From a virus (taxonomy: Duplodnaviria; Caudoviricetes): 64,000 nucleotides of DNA. The stretch is from IMG/VR virus record IMGVR_UViG_3300033074_000233, positions 64,001 to 128,000 of that record, one strand, 5' to 3'. The stretch's first letter is position 1. Every line of letters begins with the position of its first letter. Positions 39,765 through 49,042 of the stretch are shown one piece after another. A program made the position numbers and the translations under genes. Below the pieces are notes generated by a model. That model did no database searches, was not told where the DNA came from, and saw only the letters and a program-made list of their open reading frames with translations.

Positions 39765-40759
39765 AACGATTTGGCTAGTTCTTTAAGGATGTGAGAAGGG
39801 CAGTTTCCTGGGTCGAGATTCTCGTCCAGGGGACCGCCCTTTTTCTTTTCCATCTGACGTTGGATTTCAAGCAACTTAACCAGTTGCCTAGTGATGCGAC
39901 CTTTAAGGTCCTTCATGATCTTGTTACTTGCACTAATACCTGCTTTATCCGCATCCATCATAACGACTACCTTGTCCACAGGCAGAGACAGAACGAGGTT
40001 GCGCTTGTTTACACTCCAGTTACCTGTACCAAGAATGGCTAACGCTGGGATTCCCTTGCGTATCAGACGCAGTGCGTCACGCTGTCCCTCAACAAGGACA
40101 ACGTACTTCAAGCCTCTACGGCGTATCATACGCTCAACGAGGTCATACGGAAACAAACCCTTTTCCTTGATCCATTCACCTTTAAGGTTAGTGTATGACA
40201 GAACCTTCTTGGACGTTGGCTTTGTCCACGTGGCCTTAACTGCACCGACAATCTCATGCTCTACGATGATCGGGATAATCAGGCACTTGTTGTCGAAACG
40301 GTCTACGGCAACAGTGCATCCAATCTTGCGTAACAGTTTGCCTGGCACACTACGCCACGTTTCGTCCTCATCAATCGGCAGAGAGAGCAGAACGTCAAAC
40401 TCCCGCTCAATATCTTCCATGCTTATAGAGCCTGTTCCCAACAACTGGGTTTTCAGTTGCTTGTTCAACGGGTACATGCGCTCTTGCACAGCCGTACCAT
40501 CAGTAGCGCGCACGGCTATCTTGCCGAGGCCTAGTTTCTCGGCAATCTCATTCCAACTGGCATTCTTCTTGGGACACGTTTCACTAAAGCAGTGACCGAA
40601 CCCAATCGGAACGCGCCGATTAGTCTCGTCGATGTTGACGTAGAAACTCGGCGATTTCTCTTGGTGGAAAGGACAGCAAATTGCAATGCTGCTGGCCATG
40701 ACCCTTTTTAATGACAGCCTCATCAATTCGGCTACAACAAAATCTTTGGTGCTGCTCAT
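39761..40759 (-). CDS. dnaG: DNA primase (CHC2 Zn finger + TOPRIM)
   Basis: CPFHQEKSPS...HCF..C; VLVEGQRDA; MDADKAG. Confidence 0.9.
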   Translation of the reverse strand: MSSTKDFVVAELMRLSLKRVMASSIAICCPFHQEKSPSFYVNIDETNRRVPIGFGHCFSETCPKKNASWNEIAEKLGLGKIAVRATDGTAVQERMYPLNKQLKTQLLGTGSISMEDIEREFDVLLSLPIDEDETWRSVPGKLLRKIGCTVAVDRFDNKCLIIPIIVEHEIVGAVKATWTKPTSKKVLSYTNLKGEWIKEKGLFPYDLVERMIRRRGLKYVVLVEGQRDALRLIRKGIPALAILGTGNWSVNKRNLVLSLPVDKVVVMMDADKAGISASNKIMKDLKGRITRQLVKLLEIQRQMEKKKGGPLDENLDPGNCPSHILKELAKSF

Positions 40760-40785
40760 ACGATAAATCTCCGCTGTACCCTCTA

Positions 40786-40814
40786 TTTACAGAATCACAA
40801 ATCAATTCTGTAAA
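40786..40814. promoter_or_regulatory. Back-to-back ATTCTGTAAA motifs (divergent promoters)
   Basis: TTTACAGAAT (40786-40795) / ATTCTGTAAA (40805-40814) between divergent genes. Confidence 0.7.
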
Positions 40815-40841
40815 GTGACTCGTTACCACAAAGGTGCACAA

Positions 40842-41891
40842 ATGGCAACGTCCAGCAAAACAAAAACCGTGACTAAATCATCCAAGTCCAAGGCAGCGCA
40901 TTCTTTCAAGGCGAAGGGAAAGGCTAAACATGCCGAGCGCATGGCCAAGTCTGATCCTATGGACTTCATTATCTCGGACCTGCGGTATTACATCGACCAG
41001 CAGACCAAGATCATCTACACGGACAAAGACCCAAACGAGAAGCCTTCGACACGGGAATCCGAACTGCACCCATCCTCATATCCGTACTGCGGACTACGGC
41101 ATGCCTATCGCCTTCTGTCTGGCATAAAGAAAGAGCCGTTAGACTTCTACGGTGAATACTACACCAGCCTCGGTACCATGAAGCATGAACTCATGCAGAA
41201 GTATCTAGGCCGAGGTAAGAAGATTCTAGGTGACTGGAAGTGCCTTGATTGTTCGCATCGCCTCAAACTCACGACGTATAAGAAGTGCCCCAAGTGCCAC
41301 TCCGTACGGGTCATGTACGAGGAAATTGGTATCAAGTTTGGTAAGTACACACACGGCCATATTGACGGTGTTGTGCAGATCAATGGCAAGTGGTATGTCA
41401 TTGACTACAAGACCACGTCCTCCAAGAAGAATGACCTGCACCGTAAGACAGGCAATGTGTACCCATACGGATACAACGTCGCTCAGATTTCCAGTTACGT
41501 GCCTTACCTCGAGGAATGCTACGACATAGAAATTGCAGGCTGGATTCTTATATACGTTACCCGTGACAGTTCCTTCCGTGACTACGTTATGGTCGGTGCT
41601 GAGATGGATAAGAAAGCCAAGAAAGCCAAACTGGAACAACTGATTCGCTATGATGAGCACTTTGGCAAGGTGATGAAACTGAAGGCCGATCTGCAACTCA
41701 AGTATTTCAAGCGTCTTGTACTGGAAAAGCCGTGCGAGTCCTTGGCACAGTACAAGAAGGAAATGCACAATTACGACTGGTGCGAGTTGGCTAAATCTGG
41801 TGCCTGCTTCGACGAAAGCAAGTTACGCATCGTTTTGGGCAATCTTGTAAATAAGGCGACAGGGAAACCTACCCTAATTGCCGAACTCTAA
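40842..41891 (+). CDS. Cas4-like / PD-(D/E)xK exonuclease
   Basis: HPSS..YC, GTMKH, GHIDG...IDYKT, QISSY, Cys clusters. Confidence 0.85.
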   Translation: MATSSKTKTVTKSSKSKAAHSFKAKGKAKHAERMAKSDPMDFIISDLRYYIDQQTKIIYTDKDPNEKPSTRESELHPSSYPYCGLRHAYRLLSGIKKEPLDFYGEYYTSLGTMKHELMQKYLGRGKKILGDWKCLDCSHRLKLTTYKKCPKCHSVRVMYEEIGIKFGKYTHGHIDGVVQINGKWYVIDYKTTSSKKNDLHRKTGNVYPYGYNVAQISSYVPYLEECYDIEIAGWILIYVTRDSSFRDYVMVGAEMDKKAKKAKLEQLIRYDEHFGKVMKLKADLQLKYFKRLVLEKPCESLAQYKKEMHNYDWCELAKSGACFDESKLRIVLGNLVNKATGKPTLIAEL

Positions 41892-41903
41892 AAGGAGAAA
41901 ACC

Positions 41904-42857
41904 ATGAGTGTTACCTTTCAAGTAGAAGATTACATCCTGATTCAACAGGATAACAAGAAGCACCTAATACAAGTGGATAAGTCCACAGGCAAAACGGGTC
42001 GTGGTATCAAGCAAGACAAGTTCCCGTACGAGGAGAACGAAATCAAGTTTGAGGCCGATGAAGTAGTAGCCAACTATGGCAAGTATCCGAAGTCCTTTAT
42101 TCACGAGGCCTTCTATAAGGACTTCACTCATCCTGCTTTCGGCTCGGTCAACTTCTTTATGAAGGTGAACAAAGAGGCCAAAGAGGAGATCGAAAAGAAA
42201 CTCACCAAGTGCGCCAAGAAACTCAAGGAACACAACCTTGACGGCTTCCTTCCTGTAAACGTCGAGATACGTCCGTCGAAAGGAAAGATGCTTGGCCACT
42301 ACAAAACCTTCAAGCAAGAAGGTGAACTTGACGTTATGGCATTGCGTCCTTCAACAGACCATCCGCTTGAAGAAACTATCTATCACGAATGTGGTCACGG
42401 CATCTGGAAGCGACTGATTCACCACCGCAAGGCCAAAGCCGCGTGGATTCGTGAGTACAGTCACCATCTGGAAGTGCAACACCTCACCAGCAAGGACCTC
42501 AAGTCGCTGTTGAACGAATTGCTCTCGGCATCACAGACAGTATCAGACTTCAAGAAAGGCCTGAGCGAAAACGACCAGATGATCCTCAGGGAAATCCTGT
42601 CCTATATCAAGAAGTTCCATCGCCTCACAGTGATCGACCTCAACATGCTGCTGGAAAGCGGTGATGAGGATACAGTCACAGAGGTTTGGCCGTGTGATAC
42701 AATCGCACTGTCGAAGATCAAGGCAAACAACATTTCCAACTACAGCCTCAAGAGTGTAGAGGAATACTTCTCCGAGTGCTTGGCGTTCTACCTCAACGGT
42801 GGTAAACTGCCCAAGCATACCGCGAAACTGATGACTAAAACAATCGAATCTCTTTGA
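41904..42857 (+). CDS. Zincin-like metallopeptidase-motif protein
   Basis: YHECGH plus distal EEYFSE. Confidence 0.6.
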   Translation: MSVTFQVEDYILIQQDNKKHLIQVDKSTGKTGRGIKQDKFPYEENEIKFEADEVVANYGKYPKSFIHEAFYKDFTHPAFGSVNFFMKVNKEAKEEIEKKLTKCAKKLKEHNLDGFLPVNVEIRPSKGKMLGHYKTFKQEGELDVMALRPSTDHPLEETIYHECGHGIWKRLIHHRKAKAAWIREYSHHLEVQHLTSKDLKSLLNELLSASQTVSDFKKGLSENDQMILREILSYIKKFHRLTVIDLNMLLESGDEDTVTEVWPCDTIALSKIKANNISNYSLKSVEEYFSECLAFYLNGGKLPKHTAKLMTKTIESL

Positions 42858-42865
42858 GGTGAAAC

Positions 42866-43498
42866 ATGGCTAAGGAACTTGAAGTAAAAGACCTTAAGGA
42901 AGCCGATTACAATCCACGATGGATCAACGACAAACGGTTGAAGGCCCTGCAGAAGTCCATTGAGACCTTTGGTGATCTGTCGGGTGTTGTGTTTAACAGA
43001 CGTACCAAGCGCCTTGTTTCTGGTCACCAGCGACTCAAGACGGTACGTGACAAGAAGACTCGCATCGTTACCAAGCCATATAGCGACAAGTACGGTACCG
43101 TTGCTATTGGTCACATCGAGGTCAAGGATAAGAAAGGCGTCATCCAGATTCCATACCGTGAAGTAGACTGGGACGACAAGAAGATGGAGATGGCTGCCAA
43201 CATTGCAGCCAATGCTCAAGGTGGTCAGTTTGACAACAAGAAACTCGGCAAGGTTCTCGCCAAGTTGTCCAACGCTACCTTCGATGTTGAACTCGTAGGC
43301 CTTGATGACGTTACTGTCAAGACCCTTGTAAACGACTTTGAGAAGGCCTCAGGTGTTGTAGACGCAAAGGGTAAGCCAGTTGCTTCTGGCAAAGACAAGG
43401 GTAAGAGCAGCAAGTCCGAAGGCTTCCAGAAGATCAGTCCTGAGGACATGGAAGAAGACTTCGAGCACGAATGCCCGAAATGTAATTACAAGTGGTAG
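42866..43498 (+). CDS. ParB-like N-terminal domain protein with C-terminal Zn knuckle
   Basis: YNPR, SIETFG, VSGHQR; HECPKC. Confidence 0.85.
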   Translation: MAKELEVKDLKEADYNPRWINDKRLKALQKSIETFGDLSGVVFNRRTKRLVSGHQRLKTVRDKKTRIVTKPYSDKYGTVAIGHIEVKDKKGVIQIPYREVDWDDKKMEMAANIAANAQGGQFDNKKLGKVLAKLSNATFDVELVGLDDVTVKTLVNDFEKASGVVDAKGKPVASGKDKGKSSKSEGFQKISPEDMEEDFEHECPKCNYKW

Positions 43499-43506
43499 GT
43501 AACCGT

Positions 43507-44484
43507 ATGAAGTTTACTATGGCGAATGTCAACGCCAAGAAAAAGAAGTACACAGCCGTATCTACTTTCAGTGGCTGCGGTGGTTCGTCGCTTGGCTACA
43601 AGATGGCTGGCTTCAAGATGCTGTGGGCTAACGAGTTCATTCCAGCAGCACAGGATACCTATGAAGCCAATCACATAGGTACCTATCTGGACAAGCGCGA
43701 CATTCGCAAAGTAAAGCCAGAAGAAATCCTCAAGAAAATCGGCCTAAAGAAAGGCGAACTCGACCTGTTCGACGGTTCCCCACCATGCTCGGCCTTCAGT
43801 ACAGCAGGTGCGCGTGACAAAGGCTGGGGTACTGTAAAGAAGTATTCAGACTCCAAGCAGCGTGTGGATGACTTGTTCTATGAGTACATCCGCATTCTCA
43901 AGGGTCTACAGCCCAAAGTATTCGTAGCCGAGAACGTACCAGGTCTTGCGTCTGGTAAAGCCAAGGGGTATTTCGTAGAGATATTCCGTCTTCTCCAGGG
44001 TGCAGGTTACGTTGTAGAGGCCCGCATTCTGGATGCGTCACAACTGGGTGTACCGCAGGCGCGTAAGCGTCTGATCTTCGTTGGGGTACGCAAAGACCTG
44101 AAAATGAAGCCAGTGTTTCCGCAGCCCTTGTCCCGAGTAATTTCGGTCAATGACGTATGCCCAAACATCGCCTACATTAAGACCAAGAAAGACGGTCAGA
44201 TGAAGTACGTGCCTGCGAACATTCCTTCCCCTACCATTACGGCGAGCGATAGCACCAACTCGGAGACAGCCCAGTTCTCCTGCGGTGGCTTTATCGAAAC
44301 CCAAGATGGAGAGCAGCGCAAGTACAAGATCAGCGAACTCAAGAAGATTTTTACCTTCCCACCTGACTTTGAACTCACTGGTAAGTTTGAGCAGAAGTGG
44401 GAACGTCTAGGTAGATCAGTTCCGCCCATGTTCATGTATCATGTGGCCAAGACAATCGGCAAAGAAATTCTGGATAAACTATAA
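43507..44484 (+). CDS. C5-cytosine DNA methyltransferase fold, predicted carboxymethyltransferase
   Basis: FSGCGG, GSPPC, ENV, QARKR; motif X reads GRSVPP instead of GN(S/A)V. Confidence 0.9.
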   Translation: MKFTMANVNAKKKKYTAVSTFSGCGGSSLGYKMAGFKMLWANEFIPAAQDTYEANHIGTYLDKRDIRKVKPEEILKKIGLKKGELDLFDGSPPCSAFSTAGARDKGWGTVKKYSDSKQRVDDLFYEYIRILKGLQPKVFVAENVPGLASGKAKGYFVEIFRLLQGAGYVVEARILDASQLGVPQARKRLIFVGVRKDLKMKPVFPQPLSRVISVNDVCPNIAYIKTKKDGQMKYVPANIPSPTITASDSTNSETAQFSCGGFIETQDGEQRKYKISELKKIFTFPPDFELTGKFEQKWERLGRSVPPMFMYHVAKTIGKEILDKL

Positions 44485-44494
44485 GGAGAACTCC

Positions 44495-45547
44495 ATGAAC
44501 ATTAAGCGTCCGTTCCTCATGTACGTCGGCAACACCTCAGTTCTAGTAGAAATCAAAACGGCTGCTGGTGTTATTGAGTGGTGTCCAGAAGACGTTGTTG
44601 GTGTGTACACAACAGGTCCTGACGCGCTTACGTTTGGTAAGCCTGTTATCAATGACTTCAATGCCGCAGTGGCTGCTGGCGCCAAGACCTTTGTGGTTGG
44701 CTCTTCACCTACGAGTGGTATGATCGACGACTCGTGGATTCAGATGTTCTTCAATGCAATGGACGCTGGTCTGGACATTGCCTGTGGTCTACATGAAAAA
44801 CTCAACGACATTTCCTTCTTGGTAGACTATGCTAGAAAGGCAGGCGTAGTTATGCACGACTTCCGTCACCGTGAGGACGTGTACCCGAAAGGCACAGGCA
44901 TGAAGCGCCCTGGTATGCGTCTACTCACGGTAGGTACGGACTGTGCTTGCGGTAAGAAGTTCACTGCCATATCCATTGCGCGTGAGTGCAAGAAGCGTGG
45001 GCTTGCAGCCGACTTCCGTAGTACAGGACAAACTGGCTACCTGATTTCGTCTAGCGGCATTAACAACGACACGATTCCTGCTGACTTCCTTTCGGGTGCT
45101 GCTGAGTGGCTGTCGCCTGCGAACGCACCTGATCACTGGGATGTTATCGAGGGGCAAGGCGCTCTTTTTCATCCAGCCTATGCTGGAGGCAGTCTGTCCC
45201 TGCTTATGGGCAGTCAGCCCGACCTCATCGTTCTCTGCCATGATCCTGCGCGTGAGAAAGTACGTGGCCCAAAAGGCATGGACTTCAAGTTGATGTCCCT
45301 GGAAGAGGAGATCGAAGGCAATCTCCTCATGGGTAGTCGCACTAATCCAAAGATTCGACTTGGTGCTATCTCCATAAACGGTCGCTACGCTTTTCCTGAG
45401 GGCAATACGACTGCTTATCTGGATTACAAGAATGGGTTGATGGAACGCTTCGGCGTTCCTGTGTTTGACCCCCTTGTAGATGGCGTGTCATCCATAGTTG
45501 ACGTTATGGAATGTAAGAGCATGACGGTAAACAATGAAAAAGCCTAA
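44495..45547 (+). CDS. DUF1611 / DgcN-family P-loop protein
   Basis: GTDCACGKKFT, TGQTG, DFLSGAAE, IEGQGALFHPAY. Confidence 0.9.
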   Translation: MNIKRPFLMYVGNTSVLVEIKTAAGVIEWCPEDVVGVYTTGPDALTFGKPVINDFNAAVAAGAKTFVVGSSPTSGMIDDSWIQMFFNAMDAGLDIACGLHEKLNDISFLVDYARKAGVVMHDFRHREDVYPKGTGMKRPGMRLLTVGTDCACGKKFTAISIARECKKRGLAADFRSTGQTGYLISSSGINNDTIPADFLSGAAEWLSPANAPDHWDVIEGQGALFHPAYAGGSLSLLMGSQPDLIVLCHDPAREKVRGPKGMDFKLMSLEEEIEGNLLMGSRTNPKIRLGAISINGRYAFPEGNTTAYLDYKNGLMERFGVPVFDPLVDGVSSIVDVMECKSMTVNNEKA

Positions 45548-46397
45548 GAACGTACCCAAACCACCAGCGAACGTACACGATGCCTTGCTGGATGAGTTGC
45601 GCTTTGTGCGTGACTCTGGTAAGCGCGCGGCTGTATTCCTCAGCGGTGGCGTAGATAGCCACTCGGTCTTGTTTGCACTGATAGAACTGGGCGTTCCTGT
45701 TACCGCGTATTCATTTACGCTGGACACCCACGAGAGTCGTGACTTCAAGATTGCCAAGAAGACCTGTGAGACAATGCACGTTCCATTTGTGCCAATAGTC
45801 CTTTCGACCGACGTAGCCAAGTTGAAGAAGTACGTTATCTACGTCGTGAAGAAACTGGGTGCGTACAAGAAGGTGGACATTGAATGCCTGTGGCCTATGC
45901 TGTCTACGTTGAAGCAGGTCGAGGAGGAATTTGTCATTACGGCTACCAGTGCTGACAGTCACTTTGCTTTGTCCAAGAAAGCCTGTATGCACTACAAGGA
46001 CAAGGTGGACTACTACAGGACAATCGTTTTCAAGAAGGCGAATACGGGACAGCGCCTTCATATGAAAAGTGAGTGTGCGAAACTGGGTAAGACCTATTTC
46101 ACGCCTTACGATACCACCCGCATGTGCTCGGAGTTGTACGGATATACATGGGACGAATTAAATAAGCCCAAGCAGAAGAATCCTATTCGCATTGCCTTTC
46201 CTGATCAGTTTGAACGCTGTAAAGTGACTCAGCACACCAACCTGCAATTAGGCGATAGCGGCATTGCCAAACACTTCGAGAAGTTGCTTGAAACCGACTT
46301 AAACACCCGGAAATATAAGTCGGTTATCGGCGTTTATAACGAGTTGGCGCGCAAGTATCTTAAAGTGACAGAAACAGAGGAAAACGACGATGACTGA
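45534..46397 (+). CDS. Asparagine-synthetase-like PP-loop ATP-dependent amide ligase (no glutaminase domain)
   Basis: VFLSGGVDS; SADSHF at the usual GADELF position; 287 aa. Confidence 0.8.
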   Translation: MKKPKNVPKPPANVHDALLDELRFVRDSGKRAAVFLSGGVDSHSVLFALIELGVPVTAYSFTLDTHESRDFKIAKKTCETMHVPFVPIVLSTDVAKLKKYVIYVVKKLGAYKKVDIECLWPMLSTLKQVEEEFVITATSADSHFALSKKACMHYKDKVDYYRTIVFKKANTGQRLHMKSECAKLGKTYFTPYDTTRMCSELYGYTWDELNKPKQKNPIRIAFPDQFERCKVTQHTNLQLGDSGIAKHFEKLLETDLNTRKYKSVIGVYNELARKYLKVTETEENDDD

Positions 46398-47109
46398 CGA
46401 CAAAGATAGTGTTGTACCAGGAAATAAGTGGGAATTTGATGCAAGCGTTGCGGCCTGTTTCGATGACATGCTTTCACGCAGCATTCCTTCATACAAGATG
46501 ATGCGTCAGACCACATATGCCCTTGGTACCAACATCATCGGAAATATGACGGCCCCTAAAGTTGTTGACTTGGGTGCTTCGCGTGGTGAGGCTATTTGGG
46601 AGTTCGCCGCACGTTATCCGAGAGGTGATTTCTATGCCCTGGAGATTTCCGATCCAATGCTGGACGTAATGCGAAATCGCTTTCAAGGTCAGACCAACCT
46701 GCATGTATGGCGTGAAGACCTTCGCGTCTGCAACGTCCTGCGTGAGATCAAAAACACCACGGTCGTTCTGTCGATTCTGACTCTCCAGTTTATTCCTATC
46801 GAGTACCGTCAGGCCCTTGTGCAGACCGTATTCGACAACTTGGACAAGGGCGGCGCCTTCATCCTTGTAGAGAAGGTTCTTGGCAATACGCCTTCAATCA
46901 ACTCCAAGTTCGTAGAGGAATACTACGAGTTCAAGCGTTCCAATGGATATTCCTACGAGGATATCGAGCGCAAGAAGGCTTCTCTGGAAGGCGTGTTGGT
47001 TCCGATCACTGCGAAGTGGAACGAGGACATGCTTTACTCAGTGGGCTTCCGTCAAATTGACTGTTTCTATCGCCACCTGAACTTTGCTGGCTGGATCGCA
47101 ATCAAATGA
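46390..47109 (+). CDS. cmoA: CmoA-like carboxy-SAM synthase
   Basis: WEFDASVA..FDDMLSRSIPSY, DLGASRG, LTLQF, LVEK, LEGVL, LNFAG. Confidence 0.85.
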   Translation: MTDDKDSVVPGNKWEFDASVAACFDDMLSRSIPSYKMMRQTTYALGTNIIGNMTAPKVVDLGASRGEAIWEFAARYPRGDFYALEISDPMLDVMRNRFQGQTNLHVWREDLRVCNVLREIKNTTVVLSILTLQFIPIEYRQALVQTVFDNLDKGGAFILVEKVLGNTPSINSKFVEEYYEFKRSNGYSYEDIERKKASLEGVLVPITAKWNEDMLYSVGFRQIDCFYRHLNFAGWIAIK

Positions 47110-47549
47110 TGAATCCATACAAACACCTCCTTACCAAGATGAAGTATCTGGTAAATGAGGACAAACGAGTAGACGACGCCGAGAAGGCAGACTTTCAATG
47201 GAGTATGGTCTTCACCAGAGGACCAGTGAAGTTCATGATAGGCAAAGGTGGTGTCAATACCATCTTCTACATCATGGGAGACAAGCGTGAGGTTTGCTTC
47301 CCTGATGATGCCTTGAAACTCCTTGAAAAGAAGTCGCTCGACAAGTACATTGCCTATGCGATCTATTCCAAGAAAAAGGAATTGGTTGCTGGGCCTTTCT
47401 TGTTTCACGATGATGCGATGGCACTACGCGCAGGTAAAGGCCAGTTCTTTATTGGCATTAAGGCAAGTGGGAAACTTGTTCCACTCTATGCTGCGAAGCC
47501 TAACCTGTTCGACAAACTATCTTGGTCTCCTGTAGTAGAAAAGAAATAA
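47106..47549 (+). CDS. Hypothetical protein
   Basis: ATGA overlap. Confidence 0.6.
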   Translation: MMNPYKHLLTKMKYLVNEDKRVDDAEKADFQWSMVFTRGPVKFMIGKGGVNTIFYIMGDKREVCFPDDALKLLEKKSLDKYIAYAIYSKKKELVAGPFLFHDDAMALRAGKGQFFIGIKASGKLVPLYAAKPNLFDKLSWSPVVEKK

Positions 47550-47560
47550 CGAGGTGAAAC

Positions 47561-49036
47561 ATGCCTGCTCAACGCATTACATACCTAACAAGCAAACCGT
47601 TTACGCTTAGCCAACTGATGGCCAAGACTCCGCGTAACATCCAGTACAACGCGGATGACACTCGCATTAAGCAGGCACGCAAGATCATTGACAAGGATAC
47701 CAACCAGCCAGCAGTAGTAGCCGTTGTTTACTCGACGCACGATGCTGATGGTAATCCAACACGCAATCCAATTATGCACAAGTGCTACATCCTGAGCCTT
47801 GATGCAAACAGGAAGCCGATTAACCAGTGCCACGTTCACCTTTCCTGCGACTGCTTTACGGGAGACACGCGGGTTCTTACGCCGTCTGGTTGGAAAACTA
47901 TATACGAACTAGCCGAACCCCTAGAACTAGGTAAGTTCGAGACTGACTATATCGTCAACGGAAAAGTAGTAAAAGGTTCTGCACCCTTTTATAAGGGTAA
48001 GTCAAAGGTATGGGAAATAGCCTTAGATACAGGATTAAAGATTAAGGCCACGAAAAATCAGAAATTCCTAGTAACACGAAAAGATGGAATTCGTAAATGG
48101 AGAACTGTTAAGAATCTTTCTGTTGGTGACTGGCTTGTTCCTAATTCAACAGAAAACATACCAGAAGTAGATGTAACCAGTAAAGTCTATCAGGATGCAC
48201 ACCTAATAGGCGTGATAATGGGCGACGGAACTGTTTTCTCTAGTGGCTCTCCTGATTTACAACTGTATGGAGATAAACAAACTGAAATTTGGAGTCTCAT
48301 ACAAAAACATCCAGCCGTTAAGGGTAAAAAGGTTGTCCAGCGAGACGGAATACGGGTAGAATTTAATCATACTGGTATGGAGCTTTTCAGTAAATTTAAG
48401 TACGAAAACAAGAAGAATGTACTGTTGTCTTCTCCAGAGTCTATCTTTGGATTCTTGTCAGGTCTAACTAACGCAGATGGAAACTGCGGACGGAATGGTA
48501 TTGTAATTGACGGAGATCTATCTTACCTTAAAATTCTGTTAGACGAACTACTTGCTCTTGGGCTTGTTGGTCCTAAACTGTCCTTATCCGATACAAATCG
48601 TAAGGGCACTCTGACAAATTACGGTGAGAGAACAAAGGATATGTATACACTTGTTATACCTGTTCCGACTATAAGACTAATAAAAAAGAACTTGCTACTG
48701 ACAGAAAAACACCAGAAGAACCTAGAAAAACAAGAAAAAAAGAGGCCACAAAATCGCGTGCCTAAGACTAAAATTACAGGTATTACTTGTGTAGGTAAAA
48801 AGCATGTGTATGATATAACTGTACCTGAAGGCACCAGATTTGTGGCTGAGGGAGTTATAGTCCATAATTGCGCCTACTTCATGTACACGCTGGAGTATGC
48901 TCTTAACAAACGTGGCAATGCAGACATTATCTTCTCCAACGGAAAGCCTGCTGTGGTTCGTAATCCAAGCAACAAAGGCTTTCTGTGCAAGCACCTCTAC
49001 CATCTGGCTGAATCGCTTGTCTCCAGAGGTATGTGA
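47561..49036 (+). CDS. SWIM Zn-finger protein interrupted by an intein
   Basis: Exteins ..LSCD|CAYF...CKHL give CxC-n-CxH; about 152 aa after splicing. Confidence 0.85.
   Translation: MPAQRITYLTSKPFTLSQLMAKTPRNIQYNADDTRIKQARKIIDKDTNQPAVVAVVYSTHDADGNPTRNPIMHKCYILSLDANRKPINQCHVHLSCDCFTGDTRVLTPSGWKTIYELAEPLELGKFETDYIVNGKVVKGSAPFYKGKSKVWEIALDTGLKIKATKNQKFLVTRKDGIRKWRTVKNLSVGDWLVPNSTENIPEVDVTSKVYQDAHLIGVIMGDGTVFSSGSPDLQLYGDKQTEIWSLIQKHPAVKGKKVVQRDGIRVEFNHTGMELFSKFKYENKKNVLLSSPESIFGFLSGLTNADGNCGRNGIVIDGDLSYLKILLDELLALGLVGPKLSLSDTNRKGTLTNYGERTKDMYTLVIPVPTIRLIKKNLLLTEKHQKNLEKQEKKRPQNRVPKTKITGITCVGKKHVYDITVPEGTRFVAEGVIVHNCAYFMYTLEYALNKRGNADIIFSNGKPAVVRNPSNKGFLCKHLYHLAESLVSRGM
47852..48868 (+). mobile_element. 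Intein with LAGLIDADG endonuclease (339 aa)
   Basis: CFTGDT start, IVHN/C end, LIGVIMGDG and LSGLTNADG. Confidence 0.92.
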
Positions 49037-49042
49037 CGAATC

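Noticed and set aside
40842-41891. CRISPR-Cas system suggested by the Cas4-like gene
   Set aside because: No repeat-spacer array or other cas genes seen; solo Cas4-like nucleases are common in phages
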